DNA of 63,229 bases, filler included, from Octopus bimaculoides (taxonomy: Eukaryota): NCBI RefSeq assembly GCF_001194135.2. It is 11 parts of 10 records of this genome, joined end to end, with 100 filler letters (N's around TTAATTAATTAA, not from the genome) between each part and the next. Parts side by side here need not be neighbours in the genome. Positions count along the whole stretch, not along the records: positions 1 to 4,984 come from NC_069006.1; positions 5,085 to 18,173 come from NC_068984.1; 9 more parts are not named here. One strand, given 5' to 3'. The notes under the pieces were generated by a model that worked only from the letters and a program-made list of their open reading frames with translations, was not told the DNA's origin and did not search any database. Positions 1-10,685 of this stretch are shown piece by piece. Both the position numbers and the translations under genes were made by a program. Within the stretch, counting starts at the first letter, position 1, and every line of letters starts with the position of its first letter.

Positions 1-123
1 TCTGCAGCCTACGGTACCATGTTGTCTGTTCTTTTCAACTATCTAATACTCTCTTGTAATTTGGGCCATGCCAAGGAGGTAAACCTTTTGTAACAGTTCT
101 ACTAGACACTTTATTCTAATTTC

Positions 124-157
<34 letters not shown>

Positions 158-159
<2 letters not shown>

Positions 160-315
160 GGCGACCAGCTTGAAGAATCGTTAACACGCCGGACGAAATG
201 CTTAGTGGTATTTCGCCAGTCCTACGTTCTGAGTTGAAATTCCGCCGAAGTCAACTTTGCCTTTCATCTTTTCGGAGTCGATTGGATAAGTACCAGTGAA
301 ACACTGGGGTCGGTG
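158..315 (+). mobile_element. SINE family A copy (tRNA-like head aaggcg(a/g)c(c/g)agct..., degenerate)
   Basis: Matches other copies in the window (14597, 57376): gaaatgcttag(c/t)ggtatttcg...gttctgagtt(c/g)aaattccgccga(a/g)gtc(a/g)actttgcctttcatc; preceded by (TTA)n. Confidence 0.8.
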
Positions 316-800
316 TTGGGAAATAAAAATTTCTAACATCAGACTACAACGAGTAACCTTAGATGCCAAGAACCCTCCTAAAATACCCTAGCTATCCCTA
401 ACAACACTGTTTTCTGAAGCTGCACTAAACTAGGTTTTATGCCTATTTCCTCTATCCATCTATTCAAACCTTTAGGGAGAGTTCATAATGCACCTATATC
501 TACAAGGATACATTTTACCTGCTTTTCAATAGCCTCTGTAACTCAATAGCTTGGTCCTGGTATTTTGCTATTTTCTCTATACCTCTCATATTGACTTTCT
601 CGTAATTTGGGACTGTACAGTCAATTATCTGGCATTTTCTATTCTCTTCGTCTACTTCTACTACTACTACTACCACTACTAAACCAGGCCTTCTAGCTTC
701 TATCATACTGTCAGTCTCAATGTTAGAATCCCACAACACCTTACAGTTCTTACTTTCTAGCGCTATACTAGGTTCATGTTTGTACCATTTATTACTATCA
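316..800 (-). mobile_element. R4/Dong-like non-LTR retrotransposon 3' end (RLE endonuclease remnant)
   Basis: ORF 515..850 gives WDSNIETDSMIEARRPG-LVVV...IIDCTVP...EKIAKYQD, the PD-(D/E)xK RLE signature; it continues as IGIKPSLVQLQKTVLLGIARVFRRVLGI* followed by a short 3' UTR. Confidence 0.85.
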
Positions 801-805
801 TTATT

Positions 806-980
806 ATTATTACCCTGGGCGCGTAAGCGAAAGCAGGGTGTTGTAGCCACTCGTCTTAGTCTGTTTGTGTGTCTGCAAAATTATTGGAAAATGGATTTTC
901 GCCGAATATGGCAAAAAGACCCATTGGGTGAGTAGGTTGAACTCATTATTTTGGTTTGATTATCTTCAAAACAGGCGGAC
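806..980 (+). mobile_element. Possible Helentron-associated non-autonomous element (HINE-like) 5' end
   Basis: ttattACCCTG-ggcgcgtaagcgaaag-CAGGGTg short subterminal inverted repeat followed by gtct/gttt microrepeats, the layout known for DINE-1/HINE elements; degenerate. Confidence 0.4.
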
Positions 981-1031
981 GGGTGAATCAAAATGTTGTT
1001 GTTTTTTCTTCCTTCGTTACATATGCATTGT

Positions 1032-1392
1032 GGAGGCGCAATGGCCCAGTGGTTAGGACAGCGGACACGCGGTCATAGGATCGCGGTTTCGATTCCCAGA
1101 CCGGGCGTTGTGAGTGTTTATTGAGCGAAAACACCTAAAGCTCCACGAGGCTCCGGCAGGGGATGGTGGCGAACCCTGCTGTACTCTTCCACCACAACTT
1201 TCTCTCACTCTTACTTCCTGTAATGGTCAGCCTTGTCGCACTGTGTCACGCTGAATCTCCCCGAGAACTACGTTAAGAGTACACGTGTCTGTGGAGTGCT
1301 CAGCCACTTGCACGTTAATTTCACGAGCAGGCTGTTCCGTTGATCGGATCAACTGGAACCTTTGACGTCGTAAGCGACGGAGTACCAACAAC
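1032..1392 (+). mobile_element. SINE family B, near full length
   Basis: tRNA-like A box (tggcccagtggttagg) and B box (ggtttcgattccc); body and tail shared with copies at 15368-15726 (-) and 58496-58778 (+). Confidence 0.9.
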
Positions 1393-1579
1393 ACCATATG
1401 CATAAACGATAGGCAGGGGAAATAACTCTTGGTGTCATTTTGTTGAACTATAAATTCGTCTGAGAATATATTTATTAAATTAAATTTTATTCTATCCTTG
1501 TGTGTGCGCAGGGTATGCATCGCCCCTCCGATGCCTTTTGTTTCTTTGGTTTTGTATTTTCATTATTATTTTTTCCCGA

Positions 1580-3370
1580 TTAATTTGCATTTTATTTCAT
1601 CTTCCGACTGGGTCGCAACCAGAGTCCTAAGGAACGACTTTTGCTTTGTATTCGTACAAGTTGACTCCAAGTCTCACCCAGAGACTTCAAAAGACAACAA
1701 GTTAGCAGTTCATGTTGGTGTTATGCCTAGGGTGCCATATATTTGGTTTTGTACGTAGTGTTGTTCTAAAGAATGTTTAAGAAACCATAAGAAAATTATG
1801 TGTTTGTTTTAAAATTTGAGATTACATAGTCAGTATTTTACATAGGATATGGGCAGTTCCGATGAGCACTATCTTTTGAATTTCTGCCATTTTTTGGATT
1901 TCCTGGTATCTGAGTTAGGTAGCAATCAGCTCCTTTTGCTATCATTCCTAGAGCACCTATGACAACAGGTAGTGTTTTAGTCTTCAGGTTCCACATTTTG
2001 CTAATTTCTATTTCAAGATCTGGTGATCCTTCGATATGAGCACAATATATATCACTTCTTAAAGCAAGTGGTATTTGTTTGTTTCTGAAGAAGATCGTCG
2101 CTTTCTGTAAAAAAAAAAAAATTTTTTTTTTTTTTTATATGTGGGGTAGGTGGAAAGGGGATCTCTTGCAGTCGGCACAAAAGCGAAAGAGACAGAGAGA
2201 GCACGATTGAATCAGGGAAGTTCTTTTCAAGTTAGCGTACGTGCGTGTGTGTGTCTCTCTCTCTGCAAATTACCCAGTGAATATACTGTGCAGCTCTTAT
2301 CATGCCTGTTGAAATACGTGGGAGCAAGAAGACTGCACATGGAGGCAACATGATCCATGGTTTCACTTTGTTGTTTACAAACATGATATGTTGAGCTACT
2401 GCCATTCTTTAAGATTTTGACCTGGTAGCTTCTTATAGGTAGGCATTGATCTTGGGCTGCTATGATAAACCCTCCTGTCTCTGATTTTAAACCAGAAGAC
2501 ACCAACCATTGATGGGTAAGGGCTTTGTCAACATCAGCATCATTAGCTCTCTTTGGGTATTTGCCATTGAGAGGTTTTTCTTGCCATTTATCTGTAAGAA
2601 TATCTACGACAACAGTTTCAGCATGGGTTTTCATATGCTTAGCTTTTTCTGTACTTGTTTCCAGTACATCTAATTCTGTTGTATTTGGAATTCACTCAGA
2701 TATTTCTTTACCTGTTTTGTTACTGAGTATGATGCTTTCTTGTTTTCATGTTTTGAGACGAGTTTTAACATCCAGTCACCAGAGTTTTTCAGGTAGGTGT
2801 TTAGGTTAATTACAGCAATCTTCATTGTTAATTCCAGTTGTAAAAATCCACAGCCACCCTCTTTTCTTGGAAAGTAAAGTCGTTCTACATCTGCCTTAGG
2901 GTGGTGCGTTCTATGCATTGTCAATAATTTTCATATTTTTCTGTCAAGATTACAGATTTCAGTAATTGACCAGTTAACGATATTGAAACTGTAACTAACA
3001 ACCGGTATGGCTAAAGTATTGATCGCTTCGATCCTGTTTCTTTCAATCAGCTCTGTCTTGAGAACTGCCCTTCTTTTCTGATCCTTTCCCTCATCATTGA
3101 ATGTTTGATTCCATCACCTTCAACTACACTTCGGTATTTGTAGCTCTCCACTGGTTCTAATTCCTTTATGACATTCTGTTGGTCAAGATTAACGTTGGAT
3201 GTTTCTATTATTTCTCCTCTGATAAAGGTAGCTTTTGCACACTTATCTAATCCAAATTCTATCCTGATGTCATCGCTGAATTGTTTAACAATTGCTAGTA
3301 AGCCCTGTAGTTGTTGGTCATTTTTTTACAAAGAGCTTTAAATCATCCATGTAAAAGAGATGATTTATAT
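1580..3370 (-). mobile_element. 5'-truncated R4/Dong-like LINE (end of RT, CCHC, RLE, 3' UTR), pseudogenised
   Basis: Minus strand reads LFYMDDLK at about 3338-3360, HPKADVERLYFPRKEGGCG, WLVSSGLKSETGGFIIAAQDQ, ETMDHVASMCSLLAPTYFNRHD and a terminal EIQKIVLIGTAHILCKILTM*; many stops and frameshifts. Confidence 0.9.
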
Positions 3371-3405
3371 TTTTATCAACAATTTTATGGCCATATTGTA
3401 ATAAT

Positions 3406-3922
3406 ATTACATGGAGAAATGCGAGCATGAAAAGTAATATTCTTAAGATTATAAACCTAGAAAAGTACAGGACAAGCTATTACACCTGTAAAAGTATAGG
3501 ACAAGCTATTACTTCTAGTAAAGAATAAGAAACTTTTTACTTAAAATATTGCAGCAAAGAATGCTAGTTCTTCTAATTTATCACTCTTTACAGTTCTCAT
3601 CTTTTAAATCTATTGTGCTAAACTTTTCAGCAAATTTGTAAGTTTGTCTAATTAGTCACTTTTTTCTGTATTGAAGGTAGTAAATTAGCCAAATTCTACT
3701 TAAATAAGTTATAGTGTTATTTGTAAACTATAATAAAATAAGTTTTAATATTCAAATTTTAATTTTAGCTGCAATATTTTAAGTAAAAAGTTTCTTATTC
3801 TTTACTTTACTAGAAGTAATAGCTTGTCCTATATTTTTCCAGGTGTAATAACTTATCCTCTACTTTTCCAGGTTTATAATCTTTAAAATATTACTTTTCA
3901 TGCTCGCATTTTTCCATGTAAT
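3406..3922. mobile_element. Foldback/MITE-like element with about 150-bp imperfect inverted arms
   Basis: 3406-3555 (attacatggagaaatgcgagcatgaaaagtaatatt...aatattgcagc) is the reverse complement of 3768-3922 (gctgcaatatt...aatattacttttcatgctcgcatttttccatgtaat); spacer about 210 bp. Confidence 0.85.
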
Positions 3923-4621
3923 CCATGATTTTTCCAGGTATAGCTATTATATGATAATTAATAATGTGTCAATTAATAATTTAAGATTTTACCTTATAAA
4001 ATACTGAAAGATAATATTTCAATTTTTCCATGTAAGTGATGAAAATATTTCAATTTTTTTCATGTTTAATTTAAATATATGTTGTGATTGAATTATTTGA
4101 TATTACCCATCCACACCAAATTAATGGCAGGGATTTGTACCATGTTGTTGGCTGTACCATGGTTCACCAAAAGTTATAAACAACAAAACCCCAAACGCAT
4201 CAGGTACCAGGCTCACCTTAAGTAACCTAATTTTGCAATATTAGGTCACAGGAATTCATTCAATGAAAAATAAAAATTTCCAATAATTCTGGGATTGCGG
4301 GGGAGGGACTCCCCCCACCATTTTGTCCGAACCAAAATAAGGGATTTGCAGCATATTAGGAGGTCAGGGTTTTGTTGTTTTTTTTCCTTAGTGAAAATCG
4401 TACGGGTGTTAATATAGAAATTTACCATAATGTTGTTATTTAGCCTCAGATCATCCCTGGTACTGCAAACCTATTATCAAAGACATTCCAACCTTCAGCA
4501 AACCGTCTAGGACATTACGCACAATGGGCATGTAATTTAGGTACGGGGATACTTTGACTGCTATATTTAGCGTGTATATTCTAAGGTGGCGAGCTGGTTC
4601 AATTACGTGATGAGATTTTTT

Positions 4622-4984
4622 CAGTGGCTGTGTGGTAAGTAGCTTGCTTACCAACCACATGGTTCCGGGTTCAGTCCCACTGTGTGGCACCTTGGGCAAG
4701 TGTCTTCTACTATAGCCTCAGGCCGACCAAAGGCTTGTGAGTGGATTTGGTAGACGGAAACTGAAAGAAGCCTGTTGTATATATGTATATATATGTATGT
4801 GTGTGTATAAGTTTGTGTGTCTGTGTTTGTCCCCCAACATCACTTGACAACGAATGCTGGTGTGTTTACGTCCCCGTAACTTAGCGGTTCGGCAAAAGAG
4901 ACTAATAGAATAAGTACTAGGCTTACAAAGAATAAGTCCTGGGGTCGATTTCTTCAACTAAAGGCAGTGCTCCAGCATGGTCAC
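4622..4984 (+). mobile_element. SINE family C (tRNA head, central TA/TG microsatellite, conserved tail)
   Basis: ggctgtgtggtaag...ggttccgggttcagtccc head; tail cttagcggttcggcaaaagagac...gtgctccagcatgg recurs at 23927, 36380 (-) and 38745; ends at an assembly gap. Confidence 0.9.
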
Positions 4985-5084
4985 NNNNNNNNNNNNNNNN
5001 NNNNNNNNNNNNNNNNNNNNNNNNNNNNTTAATTAATTAANNNNNNNNNNNNNNNNNNNNNNNNNNNNNNNNNNNNNNNNNNNN
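4985..5084. other. Assembly gap: N-run with a TTAATTAATTAA linker (about ten such gaps in the window)
   Basis: The same 12-mer centred in a 100-nt N block recurs at about 5029, 18218, 25984, 32962, 34523, 40280, 51109, 52461, 58441 and 60601. Confidence 0.95.
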
Positions 5085-5849
5085 AGAGAAAGAGAGAGAG
5101 AAAGAGAAAGAGAGAGAGAAAGAGAAAAAGAGAGAGTTATATGCTGAAATATATGCATGCATACATATACCATGTGTTGAAACAAATATCGTTGAACTTT
5201 GATAGACGCGCGCTGGTTACAGTTCTGTTTCTTATTGATTAATTAACCAATTAATTAAGCAATATCATTGAGTTGATTGGTTGGCAAAAGCAGTTACCTC
5301 TCAGATGTAGCTTTTCCAATAATTTCCCGCAACTATCTTTTCCTGCTTTTTATGAGTCTGATATTTATATGCATTTAAGCATGTGTGAGTGCCTGTATGC
5401 TGTTGTGTCTGTGTATGTGTGTGTTGGAGCGTGAATATATATATACATACATTTGTACAAAGGTACATGCATCTATATGTGTATCACAAATGAATTATAT
5501 TGTATTACACTGTTACGTTACACTGTATATGACCATATGCAAAAGCTATTATCCTTATTATTGTTGTCGTTGTTGTTGTTGTTAACACAGTACCTTCGAT
5601 GGAGGGGGAGGTGTAACACAATGTCAGCTGTCCCCAACCTGTTGACTAAGGCAATACCCTTCGTTCAGATTTGGAGAACTTTGCGGAGGATTCGCGCGAT
5701 TCCAAGCAACGCTATTTTCCATTGATGCTAAATCTTCACATTTTCTCTTATCTTTTCTTGGCTCCGTGATCAAGAAATGCCGAGTTGGCGTCTGGCGGAG
5801 TTAAAACCGTGTCTTATGACCGGGAGCGGGGACTTTAACCTTCTTCGAT

Positions 5850-6114
5850 GATCATCCAATTGATGGAGTAACGAAAATTATGCTCGTGGGAAAGAAAGTC
5901 AATATAAAGCTAACACATGAATGAAATTATGCAAAATAATGATTCAAATAACGGTGAAAACGGGACTGGAACCAGAAAAGAATTTGTTTCCCCTTATAGG
6001 AGCCCCACTATGCAGCAACGTGAGCCCGGTCGTATTCCTAGCTAGTTGCTAACTGAAAAAAGGCGACAGAAGTGGAGTAAACAAGTAAACGCTGTTATTG
6101 TAAAGTGCTATTAT
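5850..6114 (+). mobile_element. 5' ORF fragment of an R4/Dong-like element
   Basis: 6061-6114 translates RRQKWSKQVNAVIVKCYY, resembling the N-terminal R/K-W-x-x-x-N...CYY motif of this element group; it then runs into (TAT)n(TAG)n. Confidence 0.55.
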
Positions 6115-6134
6115 TATTATTATTAGTAGTAGTA

Positions 6135-6210
6135 GGTGGCATAGAGTGGGATCGAATCTAGGACCCCGTGATTAATAAGAGATCTTCTTAACCATTCAGC
6201 AACGTTGCGT
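6135..6210 (-). mobile_element. Isolated tRNA-derived SINE head
   Basis: Reverse complement gctgaatggttaagaag...ggtcctagattcgatcccactc carries A/B-box-like motifs similar to the family C head. Confidence 0.55.
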
Positions 6211-6411
6211 TCATTATGATCTAACCGTTCTAAGATGAATAGTATTCTAGTCACTTGCCAGCCCCACTTTTCAGACAGTTGGTGTGGTTTAAAAAAAAAT
6301 TAGTTGCTCTATCTAGCCGGTCGAATAACAGCATAATGCTCCCTGGTTTGCTCATTCTACAGAGATATAAAATAAATTTAGAAGCGAAATGACCAAAGAA
6401 ATAGCATTTGA

Positions 6412-7016
6412 CACCGAGCACATAACATGGATCTTTTTTAAAACGGGGGCCACATTTTTCATTAATGTTTTACGTAGTGTTTTTGGTACCGAAAGACTTT
6501 CAAACTTCGTATACTTATCAATTTTGTGTTATAGAACAGAAAAATATTTTTGTATTCGAATTTATTTCATGTAAAAAATTGTCTTATTTCGATAATTTCA
6601 ACCAATCACTGACAAGTATTCAGTTGTTTACATTTACTCCTTTGGCTGATTAAGCGGTGTAAAGCGTATTTAATTTCCATAGCTTCGTTTTGCTTTTTTC
6701 TTTTTAAATTTGCTGTTTTACCCTAACCCTAACCCTAACCCTAACCCTATCACCGATAGAATTGTTTCAGAATCGTTTGTTTATGTAGTCGGCACTTAAT
6801 GTATATCGGCTGAATGGACGTCAGTGATTGGTTGAAATTACAGAAATACGACAACTTTAACATGGAATAACTTAAGGATTTCTTTTTTTTTTAAAGAAGA
6901 CTAAGAGAAAAAGATGTTTTATATGACACATTCTACCAGTGTTCCAAGTTTCAAAGTGTTTCGTTAATGAAAAATGTGGCCCCTGTTTTAAAAAAGATCC
7001 CATAACATGTTTGGTG
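6412..7016. mobile_element. MITE of about 600 bp with terminal inverted repeats and an internal (CCCTAA)n tract
   Basis: 6429-6465 ggatcttttttaaaacgggggccacatttttcattaa matches the reverse complement of 6964-7000 with one mismatch; weaker matching extends to caccg (6412) and ggtg (7016). Confidence 0.85.
6721..6748 (-). repeat. Short interstitial telomere-type repeat (TTAGGG)x4
   Basis: ccctaaccctaaccctaaccctaacccta read directly. Confidence 0.9.
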
Positions 7017-8021
7017 TTCACTTCCACAATAGTTCATATTTGAATAATCTGCTTAATAACCGGGTCTCACATATGTAATTATAGTAAATTGAAATACTTC
7101 GATCAACTGAAGTAACCTAAGTAATTAGCTAACAAAAATTTCCCTCCGGGAATATTTAAAACCTAAAAGCAACAAGAAAGAGAGATAACTCCGATAAACT
7201 CTGTTAATTGAATTTTTGATCAATATAGACAGAATTCAGACAAATTGGAGTTGATATGGTATTTAAAGCCAACCGGTAAAAGCAGCGGACATGTTTCGGT
7301 CTTATTAAGCTCCTCAATGAAGTATATTCTATTCAGTTGGCAAGACTGCAAGTGATTAATGTATATAGAAATAGAATGAATGTAGTATCTCTGATTATGA
7401 ATATCAACATGACTGAGAGAGATTAAATCAAGGGAGCATTCTCCATACTAAATACAAATACTGTAGGGTTTCAAGTCGCATCCCCAACGTATTTTTTCTT
7501 AAGCATTATGTTGTAATTCAATTGTATGTCTTCATAGATTCAATCAATACCCAAGAATATATGGTACCAAATCATCGAGAAATGTTATCGATGAGAGACC
7601 GGACGGATGTTCTACCAAGTGAAGCAGAGAAAGTGGGAGTTAATCGCCTATCTGCCTGCTTCGCCTAAAGCTACAAACCTGGGGCTTATCACCAACTGTT
7701 AATAAGAAAGAATGAAGAAAAGCGCATCACGTGAGTGATATGTGTTGAAAAGCATTTAAAAGGTGCTGAAATACAATTATCAACTATTTATGACATCGGT
7801 CGATCAATTATACGGAGAATGAGTTTGAATCAGTTCACATCGTGTGACATCAGTTCATTTGAGTGAAGTGGAAGTAATAATAGTAATTACCAATTCACAT
7901 TTGATTCGATATTCGATGAAAATAACAAAGAAACATCGTAAAACGATTGATAACGACAGATAGCCAGTTGTATGTCATGTTATCTCCCCAAAAGGAGGAA
8001 AACTGAATAGAGTTGAATGGA

Positions 8022-8038
8022 AGATAATAATAATAATG

Positions 8039-8133
<95 letters not shown>

Positions 8134-8266
8134 TATTATTATTATTATTATTATTATTATCATAAGGAGGAGGTGAAGAAGAAGAAGAAGAAGGAGAAGA
8201 AGAAGAAGAAGAAGAAGAAGAAGAAGAAGAAGAAGAAGAAGAAGAAGAAGAAGAAGAAGAAGAAGG
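8022..8266. repeat. Compound microsatellite (AAT)n(TAT)n(AAG)n
   Basis: Read directly; source of the poly-N/Y/K ORF 8017..8451. Confidence 0.95.
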
Positions 8267-8325
8267 AGAAGAACCTTACACTCGAACTTAAAACACTCTA
8301 TAACAGGATAACAACAAAACTTAAA

Positions 8326-8605
<280 letters not shown>

Positions 8606-8649
8606 GTCTCTTAAATATAAAACTGGAAAATGTCTATATCTGTAATCTA

Positions 8650-10620
8650 AGGAAGGTTGATCAGTGGGACTTAAACCAGGAGACATTGAAAGTAAATGAA
8701 GTCCTGAAGTACATCCGTACAAACAATATTAGTGAGACCAGAAATTTGCTCGGAGTGGCAGTATCATAGTAGCGGAGATTATGGGCGTGGCCACAAAGAA
8801 ATCGACAAGAAATACCAAATGAAAGCACGCTGAGCCGTGGTGGAAAAGATGAATACAGTAAAGCATTGAAACACTTGCGAAAGCCATTTCAGTACTGGAC
8901 AGAAAAATCAAAGATGAGCTTAGGAATGAGCAGAAGAATGATAGACTGAGGAGGTAATATGACATAGAAAGAAAAAGGCTCTTGACGTGTGATTGCAAAG
9001 AAGGCGAAAGTATCCGGATATAAGCAACAAATTAAACAATTCCAACAAACAAGCTCTTCAGGATGGACCAAAAGAAGTTCTACCTGGAAATTAATGGAGG
9101 ATTAGCGGGAGAAATCTTAGTCGCAAATGAACAGAAATGTAAAAAGTTTTGGAGTAATATTTGGAGTAGAAGGGAATACCACAACAAAAAGCCTGAATGG
9201 TTAAAAGACCTGAAAGAGAGCCATTGTATATCCGAAGCAGTCAGAGATTATAATTACAGGGAGAGGTATTCGAGAAGGAAGTAAAATGTATGAGCAAATG
9301 GAAGGCACCAGATCCAGACAGAGTGCAGGGCTATTGGATAAAAAGGTTTAAGGGCTGCGACGCAAAGATTGCAGAAGGGATTAAAATTCCGGCAGAGAAT
9401 GAGAAGGAAATACCAGAGTGGCTGACCAAAGGCAGAACAGTTTTATGCATGAAGGACCTTGCGAAAGGAAAGGCCATGGGGAATTACCGACCAATATCTT
9501 TTTTACCTGCCATGTGGAAGCTATTGGTGAAGGCGCGTGGCTTAGTAGTTAGGGTATTCAGATCATGATCGTGAGTTCAATTCCTGGCGACTCGTTGTGT
9601 CCTTGAGCAAGACACTTTATTTCATGTAGCTCCAGTCCACTCAGCGGGCAAGAATGAGTAGTACCTTTATTTCAAAGGGCCAACCTTGTCACATTCTGTG
9701 TCACATTGAATCTCTCTGAGAACTGTGTTAAGGGCACACGTGTCTGTGGAGTGCTCAACCACTTGCACGTTAATTTCACGAGCAGGCTGTTCTGTTGATC
9801 GGATCAACTGGAACCGACGGAGTGCCAAAAGTTATTGACGGGGATAATTGCGGTTGAAATGTACAAACACTTGGATTAGGACAACATTCTTCCATAAGAA
9901 CAGAAGGATGGTTGACTTTGGCCACGATTTAGAGGGTCAACCTTATGAATGAGCAAGTGCCTCTGCAGTGCCGCATCTGTGATAGAGTAAACGAAACCAT
10001 TGCCTATATCGCGAACGACTGCCCTAGACTTTCCCAAAACCACTACAGGTTGTGGCGACACGATGAGGTAGCGAAAGTGCCAGATTCGAAACTGTGAAAA
10101 GTGGGGGCTAGAGAGAGGCAAGACGTGGTATGAGCACAAACCGCAGAGAGTGGTGGTGTCGGAGACTAGCAAAATCATCTGGGATTTTCCAATCCAAACA
10201 GATCAGATGCTAGAACATAACAGACCGGACCTAGTAGTGGTGGACAAGGTGCACTATATGTGCTATATAGTTTATGTTGCGTGCCCCTTTGACCTACGAA
10301 TAGTCAAGAAGGAAGGCGAAAAAATAGGTGTATACATGCAATCCTCTTAAGTACGAAATAGCCCAGCCATGGAAAATGAAGAAGGTGAAGATAGTACCAG
10401 TTATTGTCGGGTCCTTGGAGACAGTATAAGAAGGCATCAAGAGGAATATAAAGAAATTGGAATAGAGTGCTCAGTAGAACCGTTACAAAAGGTTTGCCTC
10501 CTTGTACGGCCAGGATTATCAGGAAAGTATTAGATAGTTAAAAAGACCAGATAGTAGACTACTGGCAGCAAGCCCGCTACGCATGCAAAACTCTAGGAGT
10601 TACAAAAAGACCTGAGATGA
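8650..10620 (+). mobile_element. R4/Dong-like LINE with the RT core deleted, interrupted by a SINE
   Basis: DQKKFYLEING, WKAPDPDRVQGYWIKRF, GNYRPISFLPAMWKLL, then CRICDRVNET and WDFPIQTDQMLEHNRPDLVVVDK (RLE); no YxDD segment between EQKG (about 9900) and the zinc knuckle. Confidence 0.85.
9527..9828 (+). mobile_element. SINE (family B variant) inserted in the R4-like ORF with a 9-bp target-site duplication
   Basis: gtgaaggcgcgtggcttagtagttaggg head and family B tail; flanked by aagctattg (9518-9526) and aagttattg (9829-9837). Confidence 0.85.
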
Positions 10621-10621
10621 T

Positions 10622-10683
<62 letters not shown>

Positions 10684-10684
10684 C
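10621..10684. repeat. (AAC)n microsatellite between two tandem R4-like elements
   Basis: Read directly. Confidence 0.95.
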
Positions 10685-10685
10685 G

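Noticed and set aside
1032-1105. tRNA-like sequences with A and B boxes
   Set aside because: They are SINE heads continuous with SINE bodies; no complete cloverleaf could be supported.
5029-5040. Recurrent palindromic TTAATTAATTAA motif (about ten copies)
   Set aside because: Always centred in a 100-nt N block; it is a scaffolding linker, not biology.
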